Positions 62,350 through 64,000 of a stretch of 64,000 bases of DNA are shown piece by piece. The first letter of the stretch is position 1. Each line of letters begins with the position of its first letter. The DNA comes from Macrostomum lignano (taxonomy: Eukaryota): assembly GCA_002269645.1 (NCBI GenBank), contig NIVC01001671.1, positions 124,001 through 188,000 of the forward strand, given 5' to 3'. The notes below the pieces were generated by a model. It searched no databases and was not told where the DNA came from. It saw only the letters and a program-made list of their open reading frames with translations. A program made the translations under genes and the position numbers.

Positions 62350-63205
62350 AACTGAGACACATCCAGACAGACTGAGACATCTAGACAGACACTGAGACAC
62401 ACCCAGACAGACAATGAGACACACCCAGACAGACACTGAGACGTACACCCAGACAGACACTGAGACACACCCAGACAGACACTGAGACACACCCAGACAG
62501 ACACTGAGACACACCCAGACAGACACTGAGACGTACACCCAGACAGACACTGAGACACACCCAAACAGAAACTGAGACACACTCAGACACAGAGACACAC
62601 CCAGACAGACACTGAGACACACCCAGACAGGCACGGAGACACATCCAAACAGAAACGGAGACACACCCAGACAGACACTGAGACACATCCAAACAGAAAC
62701 TGAGACACATCCAAACAGAAACTGCATGAGACACACCCAGACAGACAATGAGACACACCCAGACAGACACTGAGACACACCCAGACAGGCACGGAGACAC
62801 ATCCAAACAGAAACGGAGACACACCCAGACAGACACTGAGACACACCCAGACAGACACTGAGACACATCCAAACAGAAACTGAGACACATCCAAACAGAA
62901 ACTGCATGAGACACATCCAGACAGACTGAGACACACCCAGACAGACACTGAGACACACCCAGACAGACACTGAGACACACCCAGACAGACACTGAGACAC
63001 ACCCAGACAGACACTGGGACACACAAAGACAGACACCGAGACACATCCAGACAGATTGAGACACACCCAGACAGACACGGAGACAACCCAGACAGACACT
63101 GGGACACACAAAGACAGACACCGAGACACATCCAGACAGACTGAGACACACCCAGACAGACACGGAGACAACCCAGACAGACACTGGGACACACAAAGAC
63201 AGACA
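62350..63205. repeat. ~22-nt repeat GACACACCCAGACAGACACTGA
   Basis: Directly visible. Confidence 0.93.
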
Positions 63206-63331
63206 AGTAGACCAACATCGTTTTAAAACTTGTTAAATACGAGCGTATACTGTCGGAAAATGGCACCAATTTAAACCGTCAACGCGTGTTGCAACATTTA
63301 TTATAACAAAACAAACATTATTTCCATTCAG

Positions 63332-63441
63332 ACTTGGAGCGATTATCACTTCATGTGGGACCCAGCAGACTACGGGAACATCACCAAGATTAACATCGAC
63401 CCAAGCAAGGTGTGGAAACCCGACATTTTGTTGTACAACAG
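63332..63441 (+). CDS. nAChR subunit, exon 4 (110 nt); the gene continues past the window
   Basis: CAG|TWSDYHFMWDPADYGNITKINIDPSKVWKPDILLYN AG|GT; W.PD..LYN loop A motif. Confidence 0.93.
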
Positions 63442-63529
63442 GTTGGTTTATCTGACAGCTTTTTTGTCAAATTGTGATTTTTTGGAACAGCTAGTTAAAA
63501 TATCATGCATAGAAGTTGACGTAAATGTC

Positions 63530-64000
63530 ATCCCTAGAAATCAATGAGAAGCCTTTTCCTAGAAATAAATGAGAATCTCATTCCTAGAAATCAAATAGAA
63601 TCTTATTCCTAGAAATCAATTAAAATCCTTTTACAAAAAATCAGTTAGAACCTTTTTAAGAAATTAAGAAGAATTTTTTCTACAAATAAATGAGAATCGC
63701 ATCGCTAGAAATCAAAGAGAATCTGATTCCTATAAATTAAATAGAATCTCATACCAATAAATCAATGAGAATCTTTTTCCTAGAAATCAAAGAGAATTTT
63801 TTTAAGAAATGAAATAGAATCTTCCTAGCCATCAATGAGAATCTCATTCTTAAAAATCAATGAGAATATTTTTTCCTAGAAATCAATTAGAATTATTTTC
63901 CTAGAAATCAATTAGAATCTTTTTCCTAGAAATCAATTAGAATTATTTTCCTAGAAATCAATTAGAATTATTTTCCTAGAAATCAATTAGAATTATTTTC
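63530..64000. repeat. Degenerate ~26-nt repeat TTCCTAGAAATCAATTAGAATTATTT
   Basis: Directly visible. Confidence 0.8.

Overview
Eukaryotic, intron-rich and repeat-rich animal genomic DNA. GC-rich exons, almost every long intron filled with its own tandem array, and the gene set suggest a free-living flatworm such as Macrostomum (inference, not proven). Genes reconstructed by hand from GT-AG junctions with matching phases: an APC-like armadillo protein (-, large first coding exon), a 3-exon Sulfotransfer_4-family sulfotransferase (-), two tandem double C-type lectin genes (+; copy 1 has an in-frame TAG, copy 2 is degraded), a 3-exon cGAS-like/Mab-21 nucleotidyltransferase (cGLR, +), three uncharacterised genes, and the first four exons of an alpha7-like nicotinic acetylcholine receptor subunit (+). 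Mobile DNA: the 3' end of a LINE, two tRNA-related SINE families, a decayed Gypsy LTR element with a third ORF, a MULE-type MITE with a 9-bp TSD, a hAT-type element with an 8-bp TSD, and several foldback palindromes. About 20 distinct micro- and minisatellites explain most of the long ORFs in the supplied track. The best candidate for an undescribed system is the lectin-lectin-cGLR-orphan cluster at 15.7-30.1 kb, a putative innate-immune locus. No CRISPR, rRNA or bona fide tRNA genes were found.
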